64,000 nt of DNA from Octopus vulgaris (taxonomy: Eukaryota). The notes under the pieces were generated by a model, which made no database searches, was not told where the DNA came from, and saw only the letters and a list, made by a program, of their open reading frames with translations. Position numbers and translations under genes: made by a program. The stretch spans positions 80,476,001 through 80,540,000 of the forward strand of contig OX597819.1 of NCBI GenBank assembly GCA_951406725.2, given 5' to 3'. Positions 1 through 12,520 of this stretch are shown here, one piece after another (the stretch's first letter is position 1; the number at the start of each line of letters is the position of its first letter).

Positions 1-228
1 CAGATATTGTGTCATGTAGGCAGCTGGAAACGATGTTCCTGAGGCTAAAGAACAGTAATATTCACCCCATCCAGGACTGCCACATTATGTTGTTGGCTAA
101 TAGTTTTTACTTTAAAGTACTGCTACTGAATATCTCTCTTTGAGAGATTTAGAAATAATAATGTTTCTATTTATCACAGACTTTAAAAACGCAGTCACTA
201 ACAATGCCACACGCAGCGTCACAACTAG

Positions 229-459
229 TACCTATTTCTTTATTACCCACAAGGGGCTAAACATAGAGGGGACAAACAAGGACAGACATAGGTATTAAGT
301 CGATTACATCGACCCCAGTGCGGAACTGGTACTTAATTTATCGACCCCGAAAGGATGAAAGGCAATGTCAACCTCGGCAGAATTTGAACTCACAACGTAA
401 CGACAGACGAAATACCGCTAAGCATTTCATCCGGCGTGCTAACGTTTCTGCCAGCTCAC
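229..459 (-). mobile_element. tRNA-derived SINE family A (Meta-like core), near full length
   Basis: Minus strand has A-box-like TGGCAGAAACGTTAG, B-box-like GAGTTCAAATTC and core GCCTTTCATCCTTTCGGGGTCGATAAATTAAGTACCAG. More than 12 copies occur in the window. Confidence 0.85.
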
Positions 460-639
460 ATACACCACCCACAAGGGTGGTAGCTGTAATGATAATGATG
501 GTGGCGAGGAAGCGATATATGGTGGCGTTTGAGGGTGGTTATTACCATGGTGGTTATGGTTTCAATGACGACAGTGTTGCGGCTGGATACGACCGTTTTC
601 TTTGGGAAACTAGCTTGAACAACTACTGTCAGTTCAACT

Positions 640-1190
640 GGTAGCAGTCGTGGTGATGAGGGCGATGACGGAAGTAACGGAGGCGATTATAGCGACAACA
701 GTGATGGTAGTAGTGATGGTGGTGGTGGTTGTCGTAATCGTCGTTGTCGTCATCGTCATCGTCTTTGTTTTGGCAATGAGTGGTTGTGGCGGCGGTAGCG
801 GAGCAGCAGCGATGGTGGTCGTGGTCATTGTCATTGCTCTTGTCGCCATCGTCATTGCTGTCGTCATTCTTTTTTTTTTTGTTTTGCTGGTGGTGGTGGT
901 GGTGGTGTGGTTATGGTAGTAAGCACAGTCGTGGTTGTGGTCGTCGACGCAATGTGCGTTTCTATCGTCGTCGTTGACGTTTTTCCACGGTGATGGTCAT
1001 GGTGGTGGTAGTGTCAATAGCGGCGGCGATGGTGGCAGTGGTGGCGGTGGTAGTTATGATGATAGTAGTGAACGTCAGTGACGTCTTCGTTCTGAAGGTG
1101 GAGATGGAGGTGCAGGCAGTGGTACTAGTAGGAGTGGTGGTGGTAGTGATGATAGTGGTAGTGGTGGTGGTGACGTATGCGTTATGAAGA
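640..1190. repeat. Low-complexity (GGT/GAT/GTC)n trinucleotide region
   Basis: Degenerate GGT/GTA/GTC repeats give poly-Val and poly-Thr ORFs. Confidence 0.8.
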
Positions 1191-1507
1191 TAGGATGGTA
1201 GTGGTGGTAATGCTTTGAAGAAAGGACCTCGATGTCTCATCGTAATCATTAGTCCAAGATCCTTGTTTGATGCCTCTTTCGGCATCCGCCCTTTCTCTAC
1301 CTCATCCCGGTCCACGGATTCTGACCTACGCCTCTGACCAACATCAACCAGCCGACTAACAAGCCAATCCACTCACTTCCTCACTCAATGTATAACTAGC
1401 ACTCCTTCCCATTGCGACTGTCGTACTGTAACTATTTCTACCACCAACAACAACAGCAACAACAACCACATCACTACCACCACCACCACCACCACCACCA
1501 CCACCCT

Positions 1508-1843
1508 GAAACCCCCTTCGGTCACGACACAGACCATGGGATTGCACCTAGAAAGTTATCCTCCCAGGCACAAGTCCGGGCAAGGTTATTTATGGAAGAC
1601 CAGCAGTCGCCCATGCATACCCGCCTCTCCTCTCCACGCCACCAGTGTTATCCAAGGGTGAGGCAAAGACCGATATAGCTTGGCACCTGTGACGACGCAA
1701 CTCATTTCTACAGCTGAGTGAACTGGAGCAACGTGAAATAAAGTGTTTTGCTCAAGAACACAACACGCAGCCTGGTCCGAGATTCGAACTCACAACTTCA
1801 CGATCGTAAGCTCGACGCTCTAACGACTGAGCCATGTGCCTTC
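1508..1843 (-). mobile_element. tRNA-derived SINE family C (CORE-like central domain)
   Basis: tRNA head GGCACATGGCTCAGTCGTTAG...GTTCGAATC, then CORE-like TGTGTTCTTGAGCAAAACACTT. Homologous to 24970-25298 and 29051-29279. Confidence 0.8.
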
Positions 1844-2017
1844 ACAACCACCACCACCATAACCATTAATATTACCATCACCCCTGACATCCCTTCTACA
1901 TCTGCCTCCGCCTCCAGTAACGCAACCTCGATCATTCGACGCCGAACCATCACCCCCGTCACCGCTAATAAGGCTATCACTGCTATCAATCCAACAACCA
2001 TCATAAATAAAGCTAGT

Positions 2018-2226
2018 ACTCTTTTACTCGTTTCAGTCATTTGACTTCGGCCATGCTGGAGCACCGCCTTTAATCGAGCAAATCGACCCCAGGACTTATT
2101 CTTTGTAAGCCTAGTACTTATTATATTGAACTCTTTTGCCGAACCGCTAGTTACGGGGACGTAAACACACCAGCATCGATTTCAAGCGATGTTGGGGGGG
2201 GGACAAACACAGACATACAAACATAT

Positions 2227-2305
<79 letters not shown>

Positions 2306-2465
2306 ACGGGAAGCTTTATGAAAATAGACAAAAGACGAAGGCAGGTTTACGGAAATAAACAAAAGACGAAGGCAGGTGGAATACAAACAAACAATTGTAT
2401 TAGTATGGCGCTCAGGAAATATACGACAGGCTTCTTTCAGTTTCTGTCTACCAAATCTACTAACC
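2018..2465 (-). mobile_element. SINE family B (internal CA/TA microsatellite), partial
   Basis: Tail AGGCGGTGCTCCAGCATGGCC...GACTGAAAC shared with the copies at 5055, 23918 and 31908. Confidence 0.8.
2305..2422 (-). mobile_element. Fragment of PLE-like terminal repeat within the SINE microsatellite
   Basis: ACAAAAGACGAAGGCAGGT (duplicated) and GTATTAGTATGGCGCTCAGGAA match the hammerhead-bearing element at 35838-36025. Confidence 0.55.
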
Positions 2466-3570
2466 AATACTACCGTCACCGCCAATATCACCACCTGGAC
2501 TTGCAACATCACTAACACTACCAACACTAACACCCCACCATCACCACCACCATTACCACTGCCACCTCCATTTCTCCCCCTCCACCTCTAGTAACATTTC
2601 TACCCCTACCACCATCACTATCATCACTATAACTACGTGTACAACTACGTTGAAATGTCCCCCACAATCACTTTTCACCACCAAATACGATATACTCCAC
2701 CATCTTATTACAACCACTGCATCCAAACCTTGGCAACACCACTACAAGAACAAGAACAACAATAACACCGACTACCACCACCACCACAACTACCACCACC
2801 ACAACTAGAACACCAACCACCAACACCACTGTCACAGCCAGAACTCTTCCGACTACCACCAACACCACCTCTACTACTACTACTACTACTTCGACTATTC
2901 CACCACCATCATATTCAGAAAGCCCATCACCACTACTACCTATAACACAACCAGGTCAATGACCACTAGCATCACCACCACCTCTACTACTCGACCACCA
3001 TCACGTCCAGAATCCTGGACACCACCACAAATAAATTTTCCACTGTTACCATCGCCATCATCACCACTAGCAACACAAAAGCCGCCATCACTACTACTAC
3101 AACCGGAACACCAACCACAATCACTATAAGCAGGAACACGACCACTTCTACCACCGCAGACAAATCTCCGACCAACATCACTACAATCCCCACCACCACT
3201 ACTACTACAATCACCACTACCACCGCTACAATCACTACCGCCACCATCACAATTACCACCACCACTACCATCACAATCGCTACCATCAGAATCACCACCA
3301 CTACAATTACCACCACCACCATCACCTCAATCACCACAACCACAACAATCACCACCACCACTACCACTACAATCGCCACCGCTACACGCCATCCCCACCA
3401 CCACTACAATCGCCACCGCCACACGCCATCCCCACCTCCACCACGCTGTCACAGCGAGAACTCCGACCAATCTCACGGCAATCACCACCATCACCACTAC
3501 CACTACGGTTACCAGAACTACTACAACAACAATAGTACAATTCTCACCAACAACAACCACAGCTCTTCTC
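2460..3570. repeat. Low-complexity (ACC/ACT/ACA)n region
   Basis: Degenerate CAC/TAC triplet repeats. Confidence 0.8.
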
Positions 3571-4068
3571 CACCGCTGTCTACCGCCTTTCCATCTGGGT
3601 CCCATCGTATATACTCTACCCAACCCCTATAGCGCAGCACGTCCTCACGGACCTGACATGGAAATTCACGGTTAACGGGGTTCGTCAAAGTGAATAGATG
3701 TCGTCCTGTGTTAATAAGCACCTCACTACCAACTCCAGCTTACCCGACAGATTTTGCCCACCGGGCTTGATGCAGTTTTACATAGCCGTAGGCTATAACA
3801 GAACTGAATCCTCCACCCTAGGCCTCCTTTCCTGTAATCACCGTTGCCTCAGTCTCTGCGACATGGTAGTCATTGAGGTGAACGAGAAAAGAAAAAGAGA
3901 GTGAGGTGGGGTTGTATGCAGAAAACGATTGAGATTTGAGGCCAAACAGAAAGGTGAAACAAGAGACTGACAGACAGACAGACAGACAGACAGTGACAAA
4001 GAGAGAAAGAGGATGGAGGGAGCGTAACAAGCAAAAAGAAACGAAGCGATTATAGTGAATAAGTTTAT

Positions 4069-4143
<75 letters not shown>

Positions 4144-4430
4144 CTCCCGCTCTCGTTCTCTTTCTTCCTTTCTCTGCCTATCATTTTCTCTCCCTCCCTT
4201 TATATGTGTCTACATGTATGTATTTGTGTATGTACGTATGTATGTGTAAGTGTATGTGTGTGTTCATGTACATATACACGCATTTATCTATGTGTCTGTG
4301 TATGTATATATGTATGTATGTATTTATTTGCGCAATCGGCAAGATCTCTGCAAAGAAGTGTTTAATATGCCCACCGTCCAGTGACGAAAGCCAATAAAAT
4401 GGGGGAAATATAAAAGAAATATATACATAC

Positions 4431-4461
<31 letters not shown>

Positions 4462-4533
4462 CACCCCCACACACACGCACGCACTGTCTCTCTCATTCTC
4501 TTTCATACGTACATACACACATATACATACATG

Positions 4534-4599
<66 letters not shown>

Positions 4600-5054
4600 C
4601 AAAGTCTTTAAGAGGGGTGGTCCAAGTTGCACACTCTTCATTTCCCGAAGAATCAGGCGAATGCCTGTGATGAAAAAAATACATAAATTTAACAAGACAG
4701 CCGTACAGTCTTCTCGTATTTTGAGATAACCTTTCCACTTCCTCTCCCTGAAACCCGAAAGCAGTTGTGAACCACCTGTCAGAAGGACATGGCCCGAATG
4801 CTTGCAACAGAGGAACTTAGCAGAAGGCACTGAAGGACCACTAGGAGGTGGTGTTAAACCGGATTATCGATTAAGAACTAGAATCAAATGATCCGAAACG
4901 AATATCCAACGTATTTTGTCCAAAGCTTTAAACAATTCCATCAATCTACTGCTATGGGCCGGAACTTTATTTTATTGACCGTGGAAGGATAAAAGTCAGA
5001 GTTCACTTCAACAGGATTTGAACTAGAATTCAGAATGCAAACAAAAAAAAGAAA

Positions 5055-5450
5055 CCGTGGCTGGAGCTCGCTTCTCAACCACAAAGTTCCTGGTTCATTC
5101 CCACTGCGTGGCACCTTACGCAAGTGTCTTCTATCATAGCCTCGGGCCGACCAAAGGTTGTGAGTGGATTTGGTTAATGGAAACTGGAAGAAGCCTAATA
5201 TATATATATGTATATGTGTGTGTGTGCCTTTGTGTTTGTACTTGTTCCCATCCACCTCTTCGTTTGATAATCGGTGTTGGTGTGTGTACATTCCCGTAAC
5301 GTAGTGGTTCAGCAAAAGACACCGATAAAATAAATACTAGGCTTAAGAAAAATAAGTCATGGGGTTGATTTGGTCGGCTAAGACCCTTCAAGGCGGTGCT
5401 ACAGCATGGCCACAGTCAAATGACTGAAACAAATAAAAGAGTAAAAGAAT
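5055..5450 (+). mobile_element. SINE family B
   Basis: GGTTCATTCCCACTGCGTGGCACCTT...CCGACCAAAG...internal GT repeat...CAGCATGGCCACAGTCAAATGACTGAAAC. Confidence 0.8.
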
Positions 5451-5702
5451 ATAGGTATTTTGCAGTCGTTGTTTTCGTTGTTCAAACATTCCAATCTTGA
5501 TTCATCGGTCTTATGAACGAAGGCACATTACTGATTTAGCAAGAGCTATATTTTGCTCTGTGCCTTCGCCATTTTTTAGACCAGAGAGTATGATTCGATG
5601 GAGATTTGTGCACAATTTCTTGCAAATCAAATGCGGCAAGTTGGCAGAATCGGTAGCACGCCAGACAAAATGCTTAGCGGTGTGTGCGCGCGCGCGTGTG
5701 TG

Positions 5703-5747
<45 letters not shown>

Positions 5748-5974
5748 TGTGTGTATGTGTATTTTTAGGATGGTGGAGTGGCAGAGCCATCGCCTTAAAG
5801 AAGGAAAGCACTCAAATTTAAGATATATCTAAAGATACATATGAACTATTTGCTCCTCTCTTCTGTATGAGGAATCAAATATATTCGTGTGTGTCTGAGA
5901 AAAAGAGATGGTGGAGAGAGAATATGTGAGAGGCATGCTGACATACAGAAACAGAGAGAGAGAGAGAGAGAGGG

Positions 5975-6017
<43 letters not shown>

Positions 6018-6056
6018 GAATGTAGATTTGAGTGCGTGTGTATTCATGAATTTATA

Positions 6057-6224
6057 TATTTCTTTATTACCCACAAGGGGCTAAACATAGAGGGGACAAG
6101 CAAGGACAGACAGAGGGATTAAGTCGATTACATCGACCTCAGTGCGTAACTGGTACTTAATTTATCGACCCCGAAAGGATGAAAGGCAAAGTCGACCTCG
6201 GCGGAATTTGAACTCGGAACGTAA
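6057..6224 (-). mobile_element. SINE family A, 5'-truncated
   Basis: Near-identical to 229-400. Confidence 0.85.
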
Positions 6225-7373
6225 TGAATTTATAGATTAGTTAAACCGTGCGTGTCTGGGTGTGTCTGTGTGTTTGTAAATGAGTGTACGAGTACATGTG
6301 TATCTGTGTGTGTGTGTGTGCATGTGTGTGTGTGTGTGTTATTGACATGTGTTTGAGTATGTGTGGTTTTATGCGTGAGTGACCGTATGAGAGAATGCAT
6401 GTATGTCTAAGTATATATGGATCTATATGTGCGTGTACGTGAGCCTGTGAATGTAAGTACGCTGCGTGAGTGCGCATGCGTCTAAGTGTCTGAATTCTAT
6501 GAGGGTTGTAATGTATGTGTAAGTATAATTATGTGTGTGCGCGTGTATGTGGTTGTGTAGGTGCGCGTGCGCGTATATTTGCGTCTATATATTTGGTGGT
6601 ACCACATGTACATGTTCGTACGCGTGTGTGTGTGTTCGTGTGTGCGCGCGTGTGCGAATGTTTGCGTCTATATGTCTGGTGGTACCAGATATACATGCAT
6701 GATTGTGTGTGTGTGTGTGTGTGTGTGTGCGTGCGTGCGCGTATGCTTGAGTCTATTCATCTGGTAGTACCAGATGATTCGTTGAATGATACTGATTGTG
6801 TATGTATGTATATATATATATACACACATATATATATATATACATATATACATACATATATTTATCTTGTATGTCTTTGCTGTGTTTATATATGTGCATG
6901 TATGCGCACATATGTCTTTCACTGATTGGAAGTTGTACGAAGTTTCTTGATGGAAGCAGTTGGGGAGTAAAACCAGAGCTAACCTCCGGCATCTGTCGAC
7001 TGACCCTCAATAAACATATTTTCTTTTCTCCTTTTCTTCTAACTGAAAACTTTGAACTAAAATTATGTTCTTGCTGATCAGGGCCGATCCTAGAATCGCT
7101 GGCGCCTCGGGCATGCCGAATTTCGACGCCTTTACATGTGTAGTTTTTAAATTTTCTGAACAAGGAAAAGCTACACATATACACATAAGTAAATCTACAG
7201 TAAACAATGTATCTCGAATGCCATTCCATTTATAAATTGATGTTCATAATGCAAAGGAATTAAAAGACCCAGACGAAAAAAAAAAAGGAAAAGAAAATGG
7301 TGAAAGCTACCTGCGAAATTCAAACCACGTATTTACTGTATTCCTTACTGTTGTGGTATCATGACACTGAAGT

Positions 7374-7677
7374 TGTTTGTTCCTTCTCGAGCGACGCCTG
7401 GCTCATACGGGCCGGTTTCTCGGTTTCCTTAGCGTATAGGTTCCCCACCTGAACGGGACGCCGGTCCGTCGCAGGTGAGCTGCAAGATGCAGGAGGAAAC
7501 AGTGAGAGAAAGTTGTGGCGAAAGAGTCAGCAGAAGTTCGCCATTACCTTCTGCCGGAGCTGCGTGGAGCTTAGGTGTTTCGCTCAGAAGCACACACATC
7601 GCCCAGTCTGAGATTCGAACCTGCAATCCTTCGACCGCGAGTCCGCTTCTCTAACCACTAGGCCATGTGCCTCCACT
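7374..7677 (-). mobile_element. tRNA-derived SINE family D with 12-bp TSD
   Basis: Head GGAGGCACATGGCCTAGTGGTTAGAG...GGTTCGAATC. Direct repeat TGACACTGAAGT at 7362-7373 and 7678-7689. Confidence 0.85.
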
Positions 7678-7877
7678 TGACACTGAAGTAACTTTCTGTT
7701 TTCCCTTCCTCGTTTTAATCATACGAGTTAGAAGGCAGTTGGTTTACTTTTAGAACGTACACGTCCCAATGTCTTTATTATAACTTAAAGAAATATTTAT
7801 TACAATATACCAAAAACAGAGAAGAGACAGACAGACAGACAGACAGAGACAGTCATACATACAGAGAGATCCGGATT

Positions 7878-8292
7878 CGTTTCAAATTTTGGCTCATGGC
7901 CAGTAAATTCGAGGGAGCGGGTAAGTCGATTATATTGATTCCTGTGTTCAATTGGTACTTATTTTATCGATCCAAAAAGGGTGAAATGCAAGACCGAACC
8001 TGATGCCATTTATACTCAGAACGCTAAGCATTTTTGTCGGTGCAGTAACGATTCTGCCCGCTCGCCGCCGCCTTAGGTATGTATTTATATTCGTTTCAAA
8101 TTTTGGCACGAGGCCAGCAATTTTAGAGGTGGGAGTAACATCAACCCTACTATTCAACTGGTACTTATTTTATGCTCACGAAAAGATAAAAGGTAAAGTC
8201 GACTGCGGCGACATTTGAACTCAGAACGTAAAGTCGGAACTGATGTTGCTAAGCATTTAGCCCGTCGCGGTAACGATTCCGCCAGCTCGCTG
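7878..8292 (-). mobile_element. Two diverged SINE family A copies (alternative tail)
   Basis: CTGGTACTTATTTTAT core and AACTCAGAACG in both copies. Confidence 0.7.
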
Positions 8293-8554
8293 ATTTATTG
8301 GTTATGACTGTTATGCATTTTTGTCACAAACACTGCAAGGAGAAAAGGCAAGTGCGAGAAACTTCGAAAAATTTTGGTGTGTTCCCCGCGTATAATATGA
8401 ACAAAAAATCGGGAAAAATCGATTGTTTGATTAATCGTTCGATCAAGCGATCAGTCAGGATTCAACATTTAAGGTATCCATGATGTTCCCGTATATTTGA
8501 TCAGATGAGTCGTTTGTTAGCTTTCTCTATTATAATCTCTATGTAAATATACAT

Positions 8555-8986
8555 AGGCGCAGGCCTGGATCAGTTGTTAAGAAGATTGCTTACCAAGGTT
8601 GGGGGTTTAGTCCCACTACACGGCATTTAGGCAGGTGTCTTCTACTATAGCCCCGGGCCGACCAAAGCCTTGTGAGTGGATTTGGTAGAAAGAAGCCCGT
8701 CGTATGTGTGCGTGTGTGTGTTTGTTTGACTTTGTATTGAGTTTGTTCCCCACCACCGCCTCACAGCCAGTGTTGGTTCGTTTACGTTCCTGTAACTTAC
8801 CGGTCCGGCTAAAGAGACCGATGGTATAAATACCAAGCTTTAAAATGAGTACTGGAATCGATCCGTTCGACTAAACACTTCAAGACCCCGAAAGGATGAA
8901 AGGCAAAGTCCACCTCGGCGGAATTTGAACTCAGAACGTAGCGTCGGGCGAAATACCGCTTAGCATTTCGTCCAACTCGCCACCTT
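8555..8986 (+). mobile_element. SINE family B (+) abutting a partial SINE A (-)
   Basis: GGCGCAGG head and CCGACCAAAGCCTTGTGAGTGGATTTGGTAG, followed by the GACCCCGAAAGGATGAAAGGC core. Confidence 0.75.
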
Positions 8987-9117
8987 AACTGTATTATATA
9001 TTGCTATTTGTGCATATTGATATACAATGTACGTATATAATATGGAATACTGAAATTTATAATGCTACTTGGAGAAGATTACAAAACGTCTGTAACCATA
9101 TAAAAATGATAAATCTA

Positions 9118-9660
9118 TCAGGTAATCCCATAAGTTCTGTCTGATTTTACCTTTTTTAAAATTTAATGAAATTTAATAGTATTTTAGAATGTCTAATGGA
9201 AATAAAAATTATTTTTATGCATTTGCGTACATTTAAATTAATTAAATATTATTTTACAGAATAATGGAATTAAAATTTCTTTAATTAAAGCCTTTTCTAA
9301 CATGGAAATATCCAAAGAGCATTTGAGTCACATAATGCTTTATGAGTACGAAAAAGGAAACTCTGCAGCCGAAGCAACTCCAAACATATACTCAGTTTAT
9401 GGGAAAGGATACTTGAAATAAAGAACTTACAGAAGATGGTTTGCAAAATTAAGAAGTGGGCATTTCAGGCTTGAAGATGAAGATCGAACAGGACGTCCAG
9501 TTGAATTTGATGATAAGCTCCTTGAGGCATTACTTGAAGAAAATCCTGCATTATCAATTGAAGAATTAGCAATAAAGCTTAGTTCAAACCATACAACTGT
9601 TCATCGTCATCTTCGACAACTTGGAAAGGTTCTTAAACTTGGAAAATGGGTGCCTCATAC
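9118..9660 (+). mobile_element. Mariner element 5' half (TIR plus transposase N-terminus pseudogene)
   Basis: TA then TCAGGTAATCCCATAAGTTCTGTC (a near-identical end is at ~12023). From ATG 9302: MEISKEHLSHIMLYEYEKGNSAAEA...RRWFAKLRSG...EDEDRTGRP...LGKWVPH, with one in-frame stop. Confidence 0.9.
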
Positions 9661-9787
9661 ACTGAGTGTATGTTTCGAGTTGCTTCGGCCGCAGAGTTTC
9701 CTTTTTCGTACTCATAAAGCGTTTTGTGCCTCAAATACTCTTTGGATATTTCCATGTTAGAAAGGATTTTAATCAAAGAAATTTTAA
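9661..9787 (-). repeat. Inverted duplicate of mariner segment 9270-9396
   Basis: 127-bp reverse-complement match, roughly 90% identical by eye. Confidence 0.85.
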
Positions 9788-10082
9788 ACTACCACCCCCA
9801 CGACAGCACTGCTACCATGTGCCATCTCCAGTCACACTACAACCAACCATCATTAACATCACCTTCATCTATCATCACCAGCATCTCCGCCAGCAATGCC
9901 ACAATTTCCACTCACCACTAACACGGCAAAAACAGCAACAATTGCAAGGGCGAAGACGATGACAACATTAACAAAATCAGCAACAATCAGAAAGCCATGA
10001 GAGAGGTTATAGGTAAACGTAGCGCCACCAAACAACAACAACAACAGCAACAACAACCAGCTTCATCACCACTCGCCGTTAT

Positions 10083-10306
10083 TACCTATTTCTTTACTAC
10101 CCACAAGGGGCTCAACACAGAGGGGACAAACAAGGACAGACAAACGGATTAAGTCGATTACATCGACCCCGGTGCGTAACTGGTACTTATTTTATCGACC
10201 CCGAAAGTCGACAAAGTCGCAAAGTCGACCTCGGCGGAATTTGAACTCAGAACGTAGTGGCAGCTAAGCATTTCGCCCGGCGTGCCGACGTTTCTGCCAG
10301 CTCACC
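10083..10306 (-). mobile_element. SINE family A
   Basis: Matches 229-459. Confidence 0.85.
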
Positions 10307-10983
10307 GTTATTACCACCAACCAATTGAACTACTACTACTACTACTACTGATGCTGCTGCTGTTACGATCTTCCTTCGTGGCTGAGTTGAGTGAAAGCCA
10401 AGTTGTCCCCCTTAGGCTATCCCGGCCATATACGAACGGTGTTCCTCTCCAAGGAATTTTGGATATCCAGACAAAACCAACACTGTTTCCTTACCCGGAA
10501 GCTGTTCCTTGTTCTACTAATGCTTGCTCTTCTACTGATTTGTGAAACAACAGCGGCAACATCGCAGCAACAACAGCAGTAACAACAGCAACGACCATGT
10601 AGACAATACCGATCACAAAAGCAATAATAATAAGGAACCAATAAAGAATATTCTTCATGGATACGTGGCCGGCTAGAAATAGTAGCGAATTTCCTCTCAA
10701 ATCGTACTCTATCATCTTAAAATAGCCTGGGTGATAGGAACAATTTTGATCATGGGTGTATTCAGTCAAATAGGACCTAAGAACAAACAACTTTAGGAAC
10801 AAAGAGGGAGACCCACTCCAGAAAGGGAAGTGAGATGGTCATAGTTGGAATGCCTGTGATCGTACTTCTGCGCGATTAAGGCTCATTTAATACTAAACTA
10901 AATACTAAAGTTATTTCACGTTTCTTCGTTTCCTTTCGTATTTCGCTATACCTTTCTTTGTCTACACAAAACGATTATAGATA

Positions 10984-11026
<43 letters not shown>

Positions 11027-11214
11027 CTGTATGTGTATATATATGTTTAAAATAATAATTGAATTGGGTCGAGCTGAAGAGTCCAAAAACGTCCATAAAC
11101 TTTGAAGTGATTCTTTCCCCTTAAGTAACAATTCCCTGTAATTCTACTACGTGTGTGACGTGTGTGTGTGTTGTGTGTTCATGTGTGCGTGCGCGCGCGC
11201 GTATCTGCATCTTT

Positions 11215-11560
11215 ATCTTTTACTTGTGTCGGTCATTAGACCGAGGTCATACTGGAACATCACCTTGAAAGTTTTTTAGAGGAACAAATCGAATTCCAGT
11301 ACTTATTATAATTTTTTTAAAGCCTGCTACTTATGCTATGGCAGTCTTTGGCCGAGCCGCTATGTTACGGGACGGAAAAACAAACACAAAGACACACACA
11401 CACATACACGGCGAGCTTCTTTCAGTTTCCGTCTAGCAAATCCACTCACAAGCCTGTGATCGTTCCGAGGCTATTTTAGAAAACACTCGCCCAAGGTGCC
11501 ACGCGGTGGGACTGAACCCGAAGCCATGTGATTGGGAAACAAACGTCTTTAGCACACAAA
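11215..11560 (-). mobile_element. SINE family B, diverged
   Basis: TTTCAGTTTCCGTCTAGCAAATCCACTCACAAG and CCCAAGGTGCCACGCGGTGGGACTGAACCC. Confidence 0.75.
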
Positions 11561-11684
11561 AAATCAAACAAAACTCTCAGTGGGCAATTAATTAGTTTAA
11601 CCTATCCATATAACCGAAAATACAAGATATAGTATTGTTATTTCTACAAAGGATAAATAATAAATATAGAATTAGTTGGTAACT

Positions 11685-11992
11685 TGCACTCCATCGGTTA
11701 CGACGACATTGGTTCCAGTTGATCCAAACAACGTAACAGCTTGCTCGTGAAATTAACGTGGAAGTGGCTGATCACTCCACAGACACGTGTACCCTTAACG
11801 CAGATCACAGGGAGATTCAGTGTGACACAGCGGGCCGTTTGAAATACAAGCACTAATCATTTTGTCAGCTGAGTGGACTAGAACAACATAAAATAAAGTG
11901 TCTTGTTCAAGGACACAACGTAGAACCAGGAATTGAACTCACCACCTTACGATCGTGAACCGAATACCCTAACCACTCAGCCACGTGCCTTC
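11685..11992 (-). mobile_element. CORE-like SINE with a different 3' tail
   Basis: tRNA head and AAAGTGTCTTGTTCAAGGACACAAC (CORE-like). The tail differs from family C. Confidence 0.7.
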
Positions 11993-12088
11993 ACTAATTA
12001 GTAGGTATGTGAGATGAATATATCAGGTCATCCCATAAGTTCTGTCCGAATTTTGAATAAAGAAAACAAGTGATCAAATTTCTTCAAA

Positions 12089-12119
<31 letters not shown>

Positions 12120-12339
12120 CACGGTGGGCTTTCCGTTTCCTAGGCTATAGTAGAGGATACTTATCCAAGGTACCACGAAGTGGAACTGAACCCGGAATCA
12201 TGTGGTTGAGAAGCAAGCTTCTTACCACACAGCCACGCCAGCGCCTAGCGGAGATTTTTTTTCAAAATTATGTAACTCATTACAATAGTGATTCAAATGT
12301 CGTAGTCAGATTTTAAACTAATTTGGTTGTGTAATTCTT

Positions 12340-12520
12340 TAAGCTGGAACAAATCTTGTACTGATTATTCTAAAGCCAGATCAGTTGCGAATGTCTCCAG
12401 AAGAATGACCAAGACTAATTTGCATACTATCCACCACTTCTTCACTATTGATTTATCCCTTCAACCAATCAACGTCCAAAACTTGTTCAACGTTATCATC
12501 AGTATAGGACAGTGCGGAGG
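12340..12520 (-). pseudogene. Degraded mariner transposase fragment
   Basis: Minus-strand translation TDDNVEQVLD...INSEEVVDSMQISLG...GFRIISTRFVP resembles the mariner HTH-WVP region, with stops. Confidence 0.5.

Noticed and set aside
634-3623. Poly-Val/Thr 'membrane' or 'mucin-like' ORFs
   Set aside because: Translations of degenerate triplet repeats, open in several frames and on both strands, with no domain or splice evidence.
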